This document shows positions 48,939 to 59,390 of a stretch of DNA of 64,000 nucleotides, piece by piece. This stretch comes from an uncultured Erysipelothrix sp. (GTDB lineage: Bacteria; Bacillota_I; Bacilli_A; Erysipelotrichales; Erysipelotrichaceae). The notes beneath the pieces were generated by a model, which did not search any database, was not told the DNA's origin, and saw nothing but the letters and a program-made list of their open reading frames with translations. Where the stretch lies: the NCBI GenBank assembly GCA_964410635.1, contig CAYPHX010000001.1, positions 486 through 64,485 of the forward strand. The letters are read 5' to 3'. Numbering within the stretch: the stretch's first letter is position 1; each line of letters opens with the position of its first letter. The translations under genes and the position numbers were made by a program.

Positions 48939-50168
48939 GTGATTCATATCTTTAATAAAGTAAGTGTTTTTTTATTATCCATATCCATGCTAACCAGTAC
49001 AAATTATATCAATGTACAAAGAAACAAACTAAACTATGAAGTACTCGCTGTTTCTAGGGTCAATAACAGCTTATACATTGATGGTTGGGCAACAATGCCC
49101 TCAACACAAAACTTCACCTCCAAAAGCTCCCATGCGTACCAGCTAGAGTTGAAATCTAAGAACGATTTAATCAATATTAACGGAAAATTGACCAATCAGG
49201 ATTTAACAAAGCAAATGGAATATCGAGGCAATCCAAAATGTTCAAGTAGTAGCACCAACAATATTAATTGTAATTATGATCATAAAAATGTTGGTTTTAG
49301 GTTCGAAGTAAACCTCAATCAATTAAAAACAAATGAGAACTATCAGGCATATCTAAAAATGAATGCAAAACAAGCAAAAACAAATTACAGGATTCCACTT
49401 TTCTACGTGAAAGAAGGGGCGACTAATATCAGCTATAATGGTCGACAATATCTTATTAACAGTGACTTTAAACATACAAAGCTTCAAGTCTACTCATCTG
49501 CACTAGTCGCACGATCAGGGCCCAGTCCATTAACTGCACCCATAGAAATTGGGAAGTCATGTTCAAGTGCACACGGAAACACTGGATTTTTATTGCAAAA
49601 TGCGCAATTTAATCATATTAAGGATGTCAATATATATAATAAACAAATCACATATTTCAAGGTAAGGGTAGGCGCATATGGTTGTGTTAATCAAAGAATG
49701 CGAGTTGTAGAATCAACCAGCTCAAATCGCTATACTCACATACCAAGTACACATACAAACTATATCGGTGAGCCTATGACCATCAGAGTAAGACAGATTG
49801 AAAGCAAACCCGTCTTAACGAGTGAAAATATAGAAATCATGCAATACAGTACTTATGATCCATATTTCAAAGTTTTTGCGAGTGACACCCATGATGGTAA
49901 TATTACAAGTAAAATTACATTAAAGAGTAATACAGTCAACACAAGGATACCTGGTGAGTATCAAACATGCTACACTGTTACAAACACATTTAATAATACA
50001 GCACAAAGCTGCAGGTTTGTAAAAGTAATACCTATACCAAGCAAGAGACGTTTTATTAGCAAATACACAGCCCATAATACTAGGCTATCACGATGGAATC
50101 GAGAAGATATAAAGGAAAGACTTCAAAGAGATGATAATGTAAGAATTCTAGAGTTCTATAAACCATGA
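48939..50168 (+). CDS. Exported basic protein with C-terminal Ig-like DUF5011-type domain (start may be ATC 48948)
   Basis: N-terminal hydrophobic stretch; ASDTHDGNITSKI...NTVNTRIPGEY..YTVTN..NNTA..R.VKV. Confidence 0.75.
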   Translation: MIHIFNKVSVFLLSISMLTSTNYINVQRNKLNYEVLAVSRVNNSLYIDGWATMPSTQNFTSKSSHAYQLELKSKNDLININGKLTNQDLTKQMEYRGNPKCSSSSTNNINCNYDHKNVGFRFEVNLNQLKTNENYQAYLKMNAKQAKTNYRIPLFYVKEGATNISYNGRQYLINSDFKHTKLQVYSSALVARSGPSPLTAPIEIGKSCSSAHGNTGFLLQNAQFNHIKDVNIYNKQITYFKVRVGAYGCVNQRMRVVESTSSNRYTHIPSTHTNYIGEPMTIRVRQIESKPVLTSENIEIMQYSTYDPYFKVFASDTHDGNITSKITLKSNTVNTRIPGEYQTCYTVTNTFNNTAQSCRFVKVIPIPSKRRFISKYTAHNTRLSRWNREDIKERLQRDDNVRILEFYKP

Positions 50169-50169
50169 A

Positions 50170-50203
50170 AAAAACGTAACTACTGTCAGTTACGTTTTCT
50201 TTT
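50170..50203. terminator. Bidirectional terminator at the gene-orientation switch
   Basis: AAAACGTAACT/AGTTACGTTTT inverted repeat. Confidence 0.85.
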
Positions 50204-50235
50204 AGAAATAACACTATAATTAAGATATCAATACA

Positions 50236-50263
50236 ACTGCGCATAATGTATATTATGTAAGTT
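50236..50263. other. dif: dif chromosome dimer resolution site
   Basis: ACTGCGCATAA-TGTATA-TTATGTAAGTT (11-6-11), intergenic, at the strand switch, near xerD. Confidence 0.92.
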
Positions 50264-50310
50264 ATATATTATTATCTATATGTGTTAATCCCTATTATTG
50301 TAAATAAAAC

Positions 50311-51495
50311 TTATTTTAAGTCTTTTAGATTGGATCTTCCATACTCAGGTAAACTCACATTAAAGTTATCTGATATCGTAGCTCCTATATTCGCAAAGGT
50401 ACTATCTTTGTCTAACTCTCTCATATCTTTTAAACTTGGTGAATAATAAAGAACTGGAATTTCTTCACGTGTATGATCTGTTCCTGGAAACGTTGGATCG
50501 TTACCATGGTCTGCAGTAATGATGAGTAAGTCATCTTCTTTAATGAGTGGTAGAAGTTCTCCTAATTGAACATCAAACTCCTCAAGTTGTTTAGCATACC
50601 CTTCTGGGTTACGTCTATGACCCCATAAGGCATCGAAGTCTACTAAGTTTACAAATAGAAGCCCTTCAAAGTCTTTATTTTTAACAATTTCGATAGTTTT
50701 TTCCATTCCATCAAAATTACTCTTTGTACGTTGTGCTTCTGTAATACCTTCATTATCAAAGATATCAACGATCTTACCAACTGAAATTACATCATAATTA
50801 TTCTCTTTGAGTGTATCAAGTACAGTTTTATTAAATGGTTTGAGTGCATAGTCATGACGATTAGGCGTACGTTTGAATTCGCCTTTCTTAGGACCGATAA
50901 ATGGTCTTGCGATAACACGCCCTACTTTCCATTCATCTCTCATTGTAAGTTCACGCGCTATCTCACAAACTCTGTATAATTCTTCAAGACCAAATGTTTC
51001 TTCATGTGCAGCAATTTGAAGGACACTGTCAGCTGATGTATAAACTATCATTTTTCCAGTTTCCATATGTTCTTCGCCTAAAGCATCTAGAATTTCAGTA
51101 CCACTTGATGCGTAATTACCGATAATACCATGACCTGTTTTTGCTTCGAGTTCATCTAGTAAATCTTGAGGAAAGCCTGATTCTGTAAATGTAATAAAAG
51201 GCTTATCAATATAAAGGCCCATAATTTCCCAGTGTCCTGTCATTGTATCTTTACCCAATGATGCTTCTTGTAATCTTTGAGTATATGCTAGTGGGTTTGA
51301 TACAGGTTCAATACCTTCTATTTTATGTAGATTACCCATTCCAAGGGATTGCATCACAGGCATATTTAAGCCATTTACAGCTCTTGCGATGTTTCCAAAT
51401 GTATCTGATCCAACATCACCATATTCAGCAGCATCATGTGCTGCACCGATGCCTACTGAGTCCATTACTATATTAATAATTCTTTTATATTTCAT
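50311..51495 (-). CDS. deoB: Phosphopentomutase
   Basis: [35 protein letters not shown]. Confidence 0.98.
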   Translation of the reverse strand: MKYKRIINIVMDSVGIGAAHDAAEYGDVGSDTFGNIARAVNGLNMPVMQSLGMGNLHKIEGIEPVSNPLAYTQRLQEASLGKDTMTGHWEIMGLYIDKPFITFTESGFPQDLLDELEAKTGHGIIGNYASSGTEILDALGEEHMETGKMIVYTSADSVLQIAAHEETFGLEELYRVCEIARELTMRDEWKVGRVIARPFIGPKKGEFKRTPNRHDYALKPFNKTVLDTLKENNYDVISVGKIVDIFDNEGITEAQRTKSNFDGMEKTIEIVKNKDFEGLLFVNLVDFDALWGHRRNPEGYAKQLEEFDVQLGELLPLIKEDDLLIITADHGNDPTFPGTDHTREEIPVLYYSPSLKDMRELDKDSTFANIGATISDNFNVSLPEYGRSNLKDLK

Positions 51496-52408
51496 TTGAG
51501 TTATCTCCTTTTTTACTAAAATTAACATCTAAGAAGTTGTCATATTCTTCTTTTAACTTTTCGTTATCGACATGCGTATAAATTTGTGTTGTCTTAATAT
51601 CGCTATGTCCTAATATTTCTTGAATAACACGTAGATCAACAGACTTATTTAACATATTTGTTGCTAAAGAATGTCTCAGTGTATGGGCTGAAATTTTCTT
51701 AGTAATTCCAACTTGGTTCCTTCTATATTGTATCATTGTATGAATATATTGGCGTGTTATTTGATTACCTCTTTCAGTAATAAATACAACATTAGACTTA
51801 TAAGTTTCAAATTGTGGCCTGACAATATCAATATAATACTTTAAAGACTTAAGCGCCTCACTTGATATTGGAACCATCCGTTCTTTATTACCTTTACCAA
51901 TAATCTTGAGCCATTTTTCTTCAAAGAATATTTGAGTAAATGTTAAATCTACACATTCACTTACCCTTATTCCTGTAGCAAATAGAACTAAAAGAATTGC
52001 TTTATCCAGTGAATCTTTCAAAGTTTCTTCTGGAAATGAGAATAATTTTTGCAAATCACCCTCATTTAAGCTTGATGGAAGCCTTTTGATGTCTTTTTTA
52101 CCAGATAAATACGAGGTAACATTATGATCAACTAGATTATATTGTGTTAGATACTTAAAGAAATTTCTTAAAGTAGAAATCTTGCGTGTCACCGATGTGC
52201 TCGCATATTTATCTTCTAAAAAAGAGACATAATCTAAGAGTATCTCATAATCAATATCTTGATATGAATCAATCTCTTCTTCTTGTAGATATTGCATAAA
52301 TTGATCTAAATCTTGAAGATATGCAGCAACTGTTTGTTCTGACTTTGGCTCTGTGTATTGAATATAGAAGATATAATCATTCTTTATTGTATTGATATCT
52401 TTATTCAT
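51485..52408 (-). CDS. xerD: Tyrosine recombinase XerD/RipX
   Basis: [29 protein letters not shown]; ripX-drm synteny. Confidence 0.9.
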   Translation of the reverse strand: MNKDINTIKNDYIFYIQYTEPKSEQTVAAYLQDLDQFMQYLQEEEIDSYQDIDYEILLDYVSFLEDKYASTSVTRKISTLRNFFKYLTQYNLVDHNVTSYLSGKKDIKRLPSSLNEGDLQKLFSFPEETLKDSLDKAILLVLFATGIRVSECVDLTFTQIFFEEKWLKIIGKGNKERMVPISSEALKSLKYYIDIVRPQFETYKSNVVFITERGNQITRQYIHTMIQYRRNQVGITKKISAHTLRHSLATNMLNKSVDLRVIQEILGHSDIKTTQIYTHVDNEKLKEEYDNFLDVNFSKKGDNSNEI

Positions 52409-53567
52409 CACTTAACAACTTACTGGCTCGCTTGAAGACAGAGCCAAATTCTTCATTGAGTTCTGATATCATAGAATCAGTATCTAAATCTTTACTGACT
52501 GTAAATAAGTCTAATTGTTCTTCAATATTTTCTGTTTCTTTAAGATTTGCAAGACCAACAGAAATAAAGTTAACACCTGAGTGATCATCGGCCTCAAATT
52601 CTGCATAAAGGCTCATGACACGTTCTAATATTTCATCTTGATTGTTTAAGTATTTATCTAATGTAATGGATCGAGCATGGGTTTTCATATCTTCAAATCT
52701 TATAGAGAATTGAATAGTTTTACCCATTAACTGACTTGCTTTAGCGCGTCTTTCTAACTCTTTAATCTCATGTAATATCTTTTCACGTAGTTCATCATAA
52801 TCATAGATTGCTTGAGCAAAAGTTTGTGATTGGCCAATCGATTTAGTACTGTTACTTAGATCTAATTGATTGGATCCTCTACCATTTGCATAATCTATAA
52901 ATACTTGGGCTCTATTACCCAAAATAACTCGTAATTGATCAAAAGATACATTGTTTAAATCACCAATAGTATGGACATTTAATGCCTTTAATCTTGGGAC
53001 TGTCTTCTTCCCTATTCCATGCATTTCTTCAATTGGCAGTGGCCAAAGTTTACTTTCAACTTCTCTAATTCGTAAAACAGAGATTCCCAATGGTTTTTCC
53101 ATGTCTGATGCCATTTTAGCCAAGAATTTATTGGGTGCGACACCAATACTGACAGGCAATCTTAACTCTTCTAAGATTGTCTTTTGAATTGATGTTGCTA
53201 GATCTAAAGGTCTTTTATACTCTTTTATCGCATCTGTTACATCAACATACACTTCATCTATAGATGCTTGTTGCACCATAGGTGAATAAGATCTTATGAT
53301 TTCAACAAAGGCTTCAGATAACTCTGTGTAGAGTTCAAAATCAAGCTCAACAACAACTAAGTCAGGACACAATCTTTTGGCATGTGATAGTGGCATTGCA
53401 CTGCCTACACCAAATTTTCTTGCTTCATAAGATGCAGTTGTGACAACAGATCCTTGAACATCACGACAAACAACTACCGGTTTACCTTCAAGTGAAGGGT
53501 CTTCTATTAAATGCGCACTTGCAAAAAAGGCGTTAATATCTATATGAAATATAACTCTTGCAGACAT
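52401..53567 (-). CDS. dinB: DNA polymerase IV
   Basis: HIDINAFFAS, SYEARKFGV, SIDE, QLDLF clamp motif. Confidence 0.97.
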   Translation of the reverse strand: MSARVIFHIDINAFFASAHLIEDPSLEGKPVVVCRDVQGSVVTTASYEARKFGVGSAMPLSHAKRLCPDLVVVELDFELYTELSEAFVEIIRSYSPMVQQASIDEVYVDVTDAIKEYKRPLDLATSIQKTILEELRLPVSIGVAPNKFLAKMASDMEKPLGISVLRIREVESKLWPLPIEEMHGIGKKTVPRLKALNVHTIGDLNNVSFDQLRVILGNRAQVFIDYANGRGSNQLDLSNSTKSIGQSQTFAQAIYDYDELREKILHEIKELERRAKASQLMGKTIQFSIRFEDMKTHARSITLDKYLNNQDEILERVMSLYAEFEADDHSGVNFISVGLANLKETENIEEQLDLFTVSKDLDTDSMISELNEEFGSVFKRASKLLSDE

Positions 53568-55204
53568 TAAACAGCCTTCCCTTCTTCGATTAATTTTCTA
53601 GCCGCATTAATGGAGTCTTCATTTAAGATTCCCATCATCATAATGGCTAAATGTGCTTCTTTTTCTTCATCACTCATCAGATTTACATGTGTAATACTTG
53701 TATTGTCTGTATCTTCTTTTGAGATAAGGTAATGGTCTGTCGCACATACTGCAACTGCAGGTAAATGTGTAATTGATATGACTTGCTTTTCTTTAGAGAT
53801 TTGACGCATTTTCTGTCCAATCTTAAAGGCAACAGTTCCACTGACTCCTGTATCAATCTCATCAAAAATGAGTGTAGAGATACTTTGTACTTTTGAAAAT
53901 ACAACCTTAAGTCCCAACATAACGCGACTCAATTCACCACCTGATGCTACTTTAGATAATTCAGCTACAGGCATTCCTTTATTCATACTAATCATAAACT
54001 GAACCTGGTCAAAGCCCTCTTTATTAAAGTCTATTTGATTAAAATGAACTTCAAATACAGCATTATTGAGTGATAGGTCTTTTAATTCTTTAATGATGTA
54101 TTTCTCTAAAAGTTTTGCTGCATCTTGTCTTTGTTGACTCAATTTATTTGCATCATTTTCTAAGCGTAATTGAATCTCTTTTAACTCATTTTGAAGGTCT
54201 GTCTTAAAGTCTTCATAATGCTCTGCTTTTCTTATTTGTGTTTCTAACTCTTCTTTTTTACTTAATAAGCTCTCAATCGTACCGTGTTTACGTATCATCT
54301 TTGTATACTGCAGCATACGTTTATTCATACGCTCAAATTCATACTCATCAAAGATAAAATTATCATTCATGTGTGAAATTTCATGTGAAATATCTTCAAA
54401 TTGGTAGTATAAATCATGATACTGTTCTTTAAGCGATTCAATATTATCAAATAAAGGGAGTAGTTCATGTAAGCTACCCATAATATTTAAATCACGACTG
54501 AGTGCAGACTCGATTGTATTGAGGTCTTGTTTATTTCGTTCGTAGTTTTCTAAATGTTTCAGTGATTCATCTAATGAATCATAATCTTCTTGAGTTGGAT
54601 TCAGTGTTTCTATATCTTTAAGTAAAAACTTAGAGAAAGCCAGTGCATCTGCATCAAGAACACTACTGTTGAGTAAATCTATTTCTTTTAATTTATTTGT
54701 ATATTCTTTATAAGTTTCTTTATATTGATTTAAATAAGTATCGTCATTCATATAAGATTGAAGTAAATTTAAATGATTACGCGCACTCAATAAAGCATGT
54801 GTGTCATGTTGTGAGTGTATATCTATAACAAGTGACAGTACTGATCTAATTTCTTTTAATGTGACTACACGTCGATTTATCCTAGCAATACTGCGTCCAC
54901 TACGATTCATTTCACGTGAGAATACAGTGACATCTTCTGAATCGATGTCAAAACCCATCTCTTGAAGTAACTGTGTTACAGGATCTGACTTTTTAAACAT
55001 GAAGACTGCTTCTACAATACTTGCATCACCGTGTAGACCCACTATTTGTGATGTGCTACGCTCACCGGATACAAAGTTTAAGGCATCAACAAACAGGGAC
55101 TTCCCTGCTCCTGTTTCACCTGTAAACACGTTAAAATGATCTGAGAGTGTCAGATTTATTTCTTCTATTAAAATAAAGTTTTTAATATATAAATTCAGTA
55201 ACAT
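53567..55204 (-). CDS. recN: DNA repair protein RecN
   Basis: TGETGAGKS, ASGGELSR, FDEIDTGVSG. Confidence 0.98.
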   Translation of the reverse strand: MLLNLYIKNFILIEEINLTLSDHFNVFTGETGAGKSLFVDALNFVSGERSTSQIVGLHGDASIVEAVFMFKKSDPVTQLLQEMGFDIDSEDVTVFSREMNRSGRSIARINRRVVTLKEIRSVLSLVIDIHSQHDTHALLSARNHLNLLQSYMNDDTYLNQYKETYKEYTNKLKEIDLLNSSVLDADALAFSKFLLKDIETLNPTQEDYDSLDESLKHLENYERNKQDLNTIESALSRDLNIMGSLHELLPLFDNIESLKEQYHDLYYQFEDISHEISHMNDNFIFDEYEFERMNKRMLQYTKMIRKHGTIESLLSKKEELETQIRKAEHYEDFKTDLQNELKEIQLRLENDANKLSQQRQDAAKLLEKYIIKELKDLSLNNAVFEVHFNQIDFNKEGFDQVQFMISMNKGMPVAELSKVASGGELSRVMLGLKVVFSKVQSISTLIFDEIDTGVSGTVAFKIGQKMRQISKEKQVISITHLPAVAVCATDHYLISKEDTDNTSITHVNLMSDEEKEAHLAIMMMGILNEDSINAARKLIEEGKAV

Positions 55205-55211
55205 AAAACAC

Positions 55212-56894
55212 CTACTCTACTACTTTTAATATATGTTCAACATTTAAGTGAAACTTCATTTTTAAATCTTTTGCATGCAGATTTAAATCAGTATGCATTA
55301 AATTATAATTATATAGTCTGTGCGTTTTAATTAGAGGTTTGAGTACCCCATATAAAGTATGATAAATATCCTCTAAATCATAAATAATTACAGGTAAATT
55401 CATTTCATTGATCAAATCGATGAAATCTCTATCAATATTAAATACGGAGCGTGTATTCACAAGCCAATATGGTAAGTTGTTTACTTCTATCTTATTACTG
55501 ACTGCTTCAGCTGTGGGTCCATAAGTAAAAATAACTGCTTTTGGATTGTTTGTTAGTTTATTAATATCCCATGTTAGGACTGTGTTTTCATTATTCTCTT
55601 GATAGGCTTCTGATACATCAGGAATACGTAAAATACTTAAGTCAAAATCTTTTTGAGCAAGTATTGCATTTAATAGACCAACAGATTCATTAATATTCTT
55701 ACCCATAAATATATTTGAAGTAATTAATGCACTGTGGCCAACATCAAAGATTCCTTGTTTAACTCTGTTTCCTGAATCATTTAAGCCAGAATCACGAAGA
55801 ATAAAAAGAATATTCTTAGCTGTACTTAATTGTTCTTCAACAAGTGGAATAACGTGTTTAAATTGATAGGAACTAACCACAAAAACTACGCGCTTATTCA
55901 GCATCAATAAACCTTTCGCAAAATCAACCAGGGATTGAATTGTACCAGTACTGACATAGTAGTGATCTGGAAAATTAATTGCGAATTCTGCAAGATGTTC
56001 CTTATTTTTTGAAATATCTGCACAAACAAGCACATCATCATATTGACTTAATGTTCTGTCTACTGCGTCTAAGTAAGAAACATAGTGCTCTGGTAAACCC
56101 ACTTCAGTTTTAAATGATGGTAGTTTAAGGTTTTGTAGTGATTGTAAGTTAGAATTAATGTGAACTAGATGCAACCCTTTAGCGCCTTTAACATTCTTAA
56201 AAACCCTAAGTTGCTCATTGAGGCCGTCCCCTTTTAAAGGTCCATGGTAATCAAATCCAAATTGTGTAAAGATGGATGGTTCCACAAGAACCCCTTTAAA
56301 ACCCTCTTTTACTTTACTGAGGGTTTCTAAAATTGGCATTCCTACTGGATTATTTAGTATGTGTTTTAAATCTTTTTTGAAGCTGGTATATGTATTGCTC
56401 ATTCTTAAGGAGTTAATCCATAAGTTTGTTGCAGGTTTCTCATTAAAGAGTGATCCCATTGGATCAAAAAAGATAATACTCATATTTGGTTTATGGTTGT
56501 TAATTTGAATTAGAGATTCAAAACTTTTACCATAATTCATAGAAAAGTCGTCCATAAGGACCACTGTATCCATATTACTTTCTAGCGCAATGGCCAATGA
56601 CACACCCAAAACATCACTGGGATGATTTGAAAGGTAAACATGTGTCAAACTCACATTAAAATGTGATTCCAAGGCTTCTTGTACATAGTATTTTACTTCA
56701 TTGTCTATAATAAGATTCGTATGATTAAAATCATGGGTGCTATTTAAACTCATGATTGTTTCTAAGGAAGAAAGACTTTGAATTACAGTATCTTTACTTA
56801 GTTTAGGATCTTTGATAAATTGTTTAGACAACTGATCCACTAAGTCTTGTTTTTCTGTGTAATCTATCGTACTTAATATTTGATATAAAGACAT
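55212..56894 (-). CDS. Degenerate DXP synthase homologue (probable pseudoenzyme)
   Basis: In the dxs position after ispA; FTQFGFDYHGP and KQGIFD remain but the ThDP and catalytic motifs are substituted. Confidence 0.8.
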   Translation of the reverse strand: MSLYQILSTIDYTEKQDLVDQLSKQFIKDPKLSKDTVIQSLSSLETIMSLNSTHDFNHTNLIIDNEVKYYVQEALESHFNVSLTHVYLSNHPSDVLGVSLAIALESNMDTVVLMDDFSMNYGKSFESLIQINNHKPNMSIIFFDPMGSLFNEKPATNLWINSLRMSNTYTSFKKDLKHILNNPVGMPILETLSKVKEGFKGVLVEPSIFTQFGFDYHGPLKGDGLNEQLRVFKNVKGAKGLHLVHINSNLQSLQNLKLPSFKTEVGLPEHYVSYLDAVDRTLSQYDDVLVCADISKNKEHLAEFAINFPDHYYVSTGTIQSLVDFAKGLLMLNKRVVFVVSSYQFKHVIPLVEEQLSTAKNILFILRDSGLNDSGNRVKQGIFDVGHSALITSNIFMGKNINESVGLLNAILAQKDFDLSILRIPDVSEAYQENNENTVLTWDINKLTNNPKAVIFTYGPTAEAVSNKIEVNNLPYWLVNTRSVFNIDRDFIDLINEMNLPVIIYDLEDIYHTLYGVLKPLIKTHRLYNYNLMHTDLNLHAKDLKMKFHLNVEHILKVVE

Positions 56895-56963
56895 AGACTT
56901 CTCCTCTCAATGATAACTCTTACATTATTATATCATATGTACAGCTTTGTTTTAAATACTAAA

Positions 56964-57788
56964 CTATAAACTACGATTCTGTAATGATTTAATATAATCA
57001 CTTAGAAAAGTTGTTTCAAAACCAAATGAATCAATGATGTTTTGGCTTTCTATAAAGAGTGTTTCAACGACTTCTTTAGACTCTTCTACACTTAAATAAG
57101 TAGTGATTGTTGAAATATCTCGAGCAGTATCTGAGTCTACAGATTTACCTATGACTGTTGCATCTGATGTAACTTCAAAAAGATCATCTTGAAATTGAAA
57201 TAAGAGTCCCAGATTTTCACCTAATGTTTGCGCATCTTGTAATTTATCTTCTTTATCTGCAAGGTAGACAGCCATTTCAAATGCAGCAGAAAATAGTGCA
57301 CCTGTTTTTAAACGGTAGCACTCTTTTAAGTCTTCTAACGAAGTAATATTATCCAATATATCAATCTCTTGACCTAAAATCATGCCTCTGGTTCCAGCAT
57401 TTCTTGATAGAACCTCAAAGAAACGATAGTCTAGTTTTGCTTTTGCAAGTAATGAGAAAGCAAGTGTTAAAAGTCCATCTCCTGCTAAGATAGCGATATC
57501 TTCACCAAATACAATGTGATTTGTTGGTTTAAAGCGACGCATCTCATCATTATCTAGCGCAGGTAGATCATCATGGATTAAAGAGTATGTATGAATACAT
57601 TCTAGTGCAGCTGCAGCATAGATTGCACGATCATCTTCTATGTTAAAGTCTTTAAGTAAATGAAACATTAACTGTGGGCGTACACGTTTACCGCCACCAA
57701 GTAATGAGTAAGCCATTGCTTCAGTGACACGTGATGGTAAGTGACTGTTGAGTTCTTGTACAAATAATAGTTCTAATTTTTCAATCAT
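56964..57788 (-). CDS. ispA: Farnesyl diphosphate synthase
   Basis: GGKRVRP, SLIHDDLPALD, LKTGALF, FQFQDD. Confidence 0.96.
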   Translation of the reverse strand: MIEKLELLFVQELNSHLPSRVTEAMAYSLLGGGKRVRPQLMFHLLKDFNIEDDRAIYAAAALECIHTYSLIHDDLPALDNDEMRRFKPTNHIVFGEDIAILAGDGLLTLAFSLLAKAKLDYRFFEVLSRNAGTRGMILGQEIDILDNITSLEDLKECYRLKTGALFSAAFEMAVYLADKEDKLQDAQTLGENLGLLFQFQDDLFEVTSDATVIGKSVDSDTARDISTITTYLSVEESKEVVETLFIESQNIIDSFGFETTFLSDYIKSLQNRSL

Positions 57789-57991
57789 TTTTTATCCTCT
57801 TGGTGTTTAACAACCAGTTCTTTTACGCGGTTTTCATACGCATCTAATTTAATTTGGCATTGTTTTGATAGGGCCAAGCCTTCATCAAATAGTTCAATTG
57901 CTTTATCTAAAGACACAGAATCACTCTCTAGTTCTTGTGAGATTATATTCAGTCTTTGCATTGCTTTTTCAAAATCAAATTCTTTAGTCAT
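57785..57991 (-). CDS. xseB: Exonuclease VII small subunit
   Basis: FEKAMQRL, SLDKAIELFDEG. Confidence 0.96.
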   Translation of the reverse strand: MTKEFDFEKAMQRLNIISQELESDSVSLDKAIELFDEGLALSKQCQIKLDAYENRVKELVVKHQEDKK

Positions 57992-59390
57992 TGTTATTTC
58001 CTTTCACATCTTGAACTTTCGTCAAGATTTTTCCATCATTTAACGCTATTTGTATGTCATTTCCTATTTGAACATCTTCAATACTTCTTATTATTTTATC
58101 ATTTTCACTAATAATTCCATACCCTCTTTTCATAATTGCAAAAGGGTTTAGAAGATCAAATTTGTTTAGTAAGGTATTTAGTTTATAGCGCTCATTTTGT
58201 AGTGTATCCAAAATATCTTTTTCTAGAAAACTATCTAAGACATTTAATTTTGCTTGTTCCTTCGCAATATACAGTTCTGGATACTTTACGATTGTACTTT
58301 TCAGTGTATTTAAATTACTTCTTGTATGATATATGTGTCTATCTAAGCTGTTTTGATATTTTTGGACTAAGCGATCAATATCACTGGATGCTTTATGAAA
58401 CATATTAGTATGATGGAGTAATTTAGCATTAAACATATCTAAATTCATATAATGTGAATCGAGTAATGTCATTGGATTTTTAAATGTTCGTGTATTTTGG
58501 ATATTGGCTAATTTTGTTTTCTCATTTCTTAAATGATTTACAGTACTTCGATACATAGCATTTTTATAGTTACGTAATGTTTCATGGATATCATCTTTTG
58601 ATGGTGTTGCAGCAACGATTGCGGCAGTTGGTGTTGCAGCGCGATAATCACTGACATAATCAAGTAAACTTGTATCACTCTCATGCCCTACCCCACTCAC
58701 AATCGGTGTATTAGCGTTGTAAGTTGTAATGATGAGTTCGAGTTCATTAAAAGGCCATAGGTCCTCTATAGAACCCCCACCTCGTGCTATAACAATAACA
58801 TCATGATTGTTTTCATCTGCTTGTTTAAGATTTTTAATTAAATCATCTTTGGCATATTCACCTTGTACCATTGAGAAATAGTAATTCACTTTTGCTACAG
58901 GCCAACGTTCTTCAACAGTTCGTTTCATATCAGCATACGCTGCAGTATCTTTACCTGTAATAATTCCAATTGACGTTGGATATAGAGGTAATGCTTTTTT
59001 GTGTGAATCATCGAAGATTCCTTTTTCATAAAGTTCTTTCTTCAATCTTTCAAATTCTATATGTAAATCACCCAAACCATCCAGGTTCATTTGTCTTACA
59101 TAGAGTTGAATTGCACCGGTTTGTTCATAGACATCCAGCGAGCAAATCACGATCACCTTGTCGCCATCCTTTGGTTTAAATTTTACTTGGGATGATTGTG
59201 AACGAAACATGACAGCACGTATGCTGGATTTATCATCTTTTAAAGAAAAATAAAAATGTCCACTTCTATGGGCAGTGAAATTAGAAATTTCACCCACAAT
59301 TGCGACATTTTGAAATTGTGGTTCATAACTAACCACTGATTTAATCTTTGAAACAAACTCACTAACGGAAATCGTTTCATTTTTCATCAT
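57984..59390 (-). CDS. xseA: Exonuclease VII large subunit
   Basis: GEISNF, SGHFYFSLKD, ARGGGSIEDLW, GVGHESD, TPTAA. Confidence 0.98.
   Translation of the reverse strand: MMKNETISVSEFVSKIKSVVSYEPQFQNVAIVGEISNFTAHRSGHFYFSLKDDKSSIRAVMFRSQSSQVKFKPKDGDKVIVICSLDVYEQTGAIQLYVRQMNLDGLGDLHIEFERLKKELYEKGIFDDSHKKALPLYPTSIGIITGKDTAAYADMKRTVEERWPVAKVNYYFSMVQGEYAKDDLIKNLKQADENNHDVIVIARGGGSIEDLWPFNELELIITTYNANTPIVSGVGHESDTSLLDYVSDYRAATPTAAIVAATPSKDDIHETLRNYKNAMYRSTVNHLRNEKTKLANIQNTRTFKNPMTLLDSHYMNLDMFNAKLLHHTNMFHKASSDIDRLVQKYQNSLDRHIYHTRSNLNTLKSTIVKYPELYIAKEQAKLNVLDSFLEKDILDTLQNERYKLNTLLNKFDLLNPFAIMKRGYGIISENDKIIRSIEDVQIGNDIQIALNDGKILTKVQDVKGNNND

Noticed and set aside
51485-52408. Tyrosine recombinase as a phage or island integrase
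   Set aside because: Its size, motifs and xerD-deoB synteny indicate the housekeeping XerD; no att repeats or cargo were seen.
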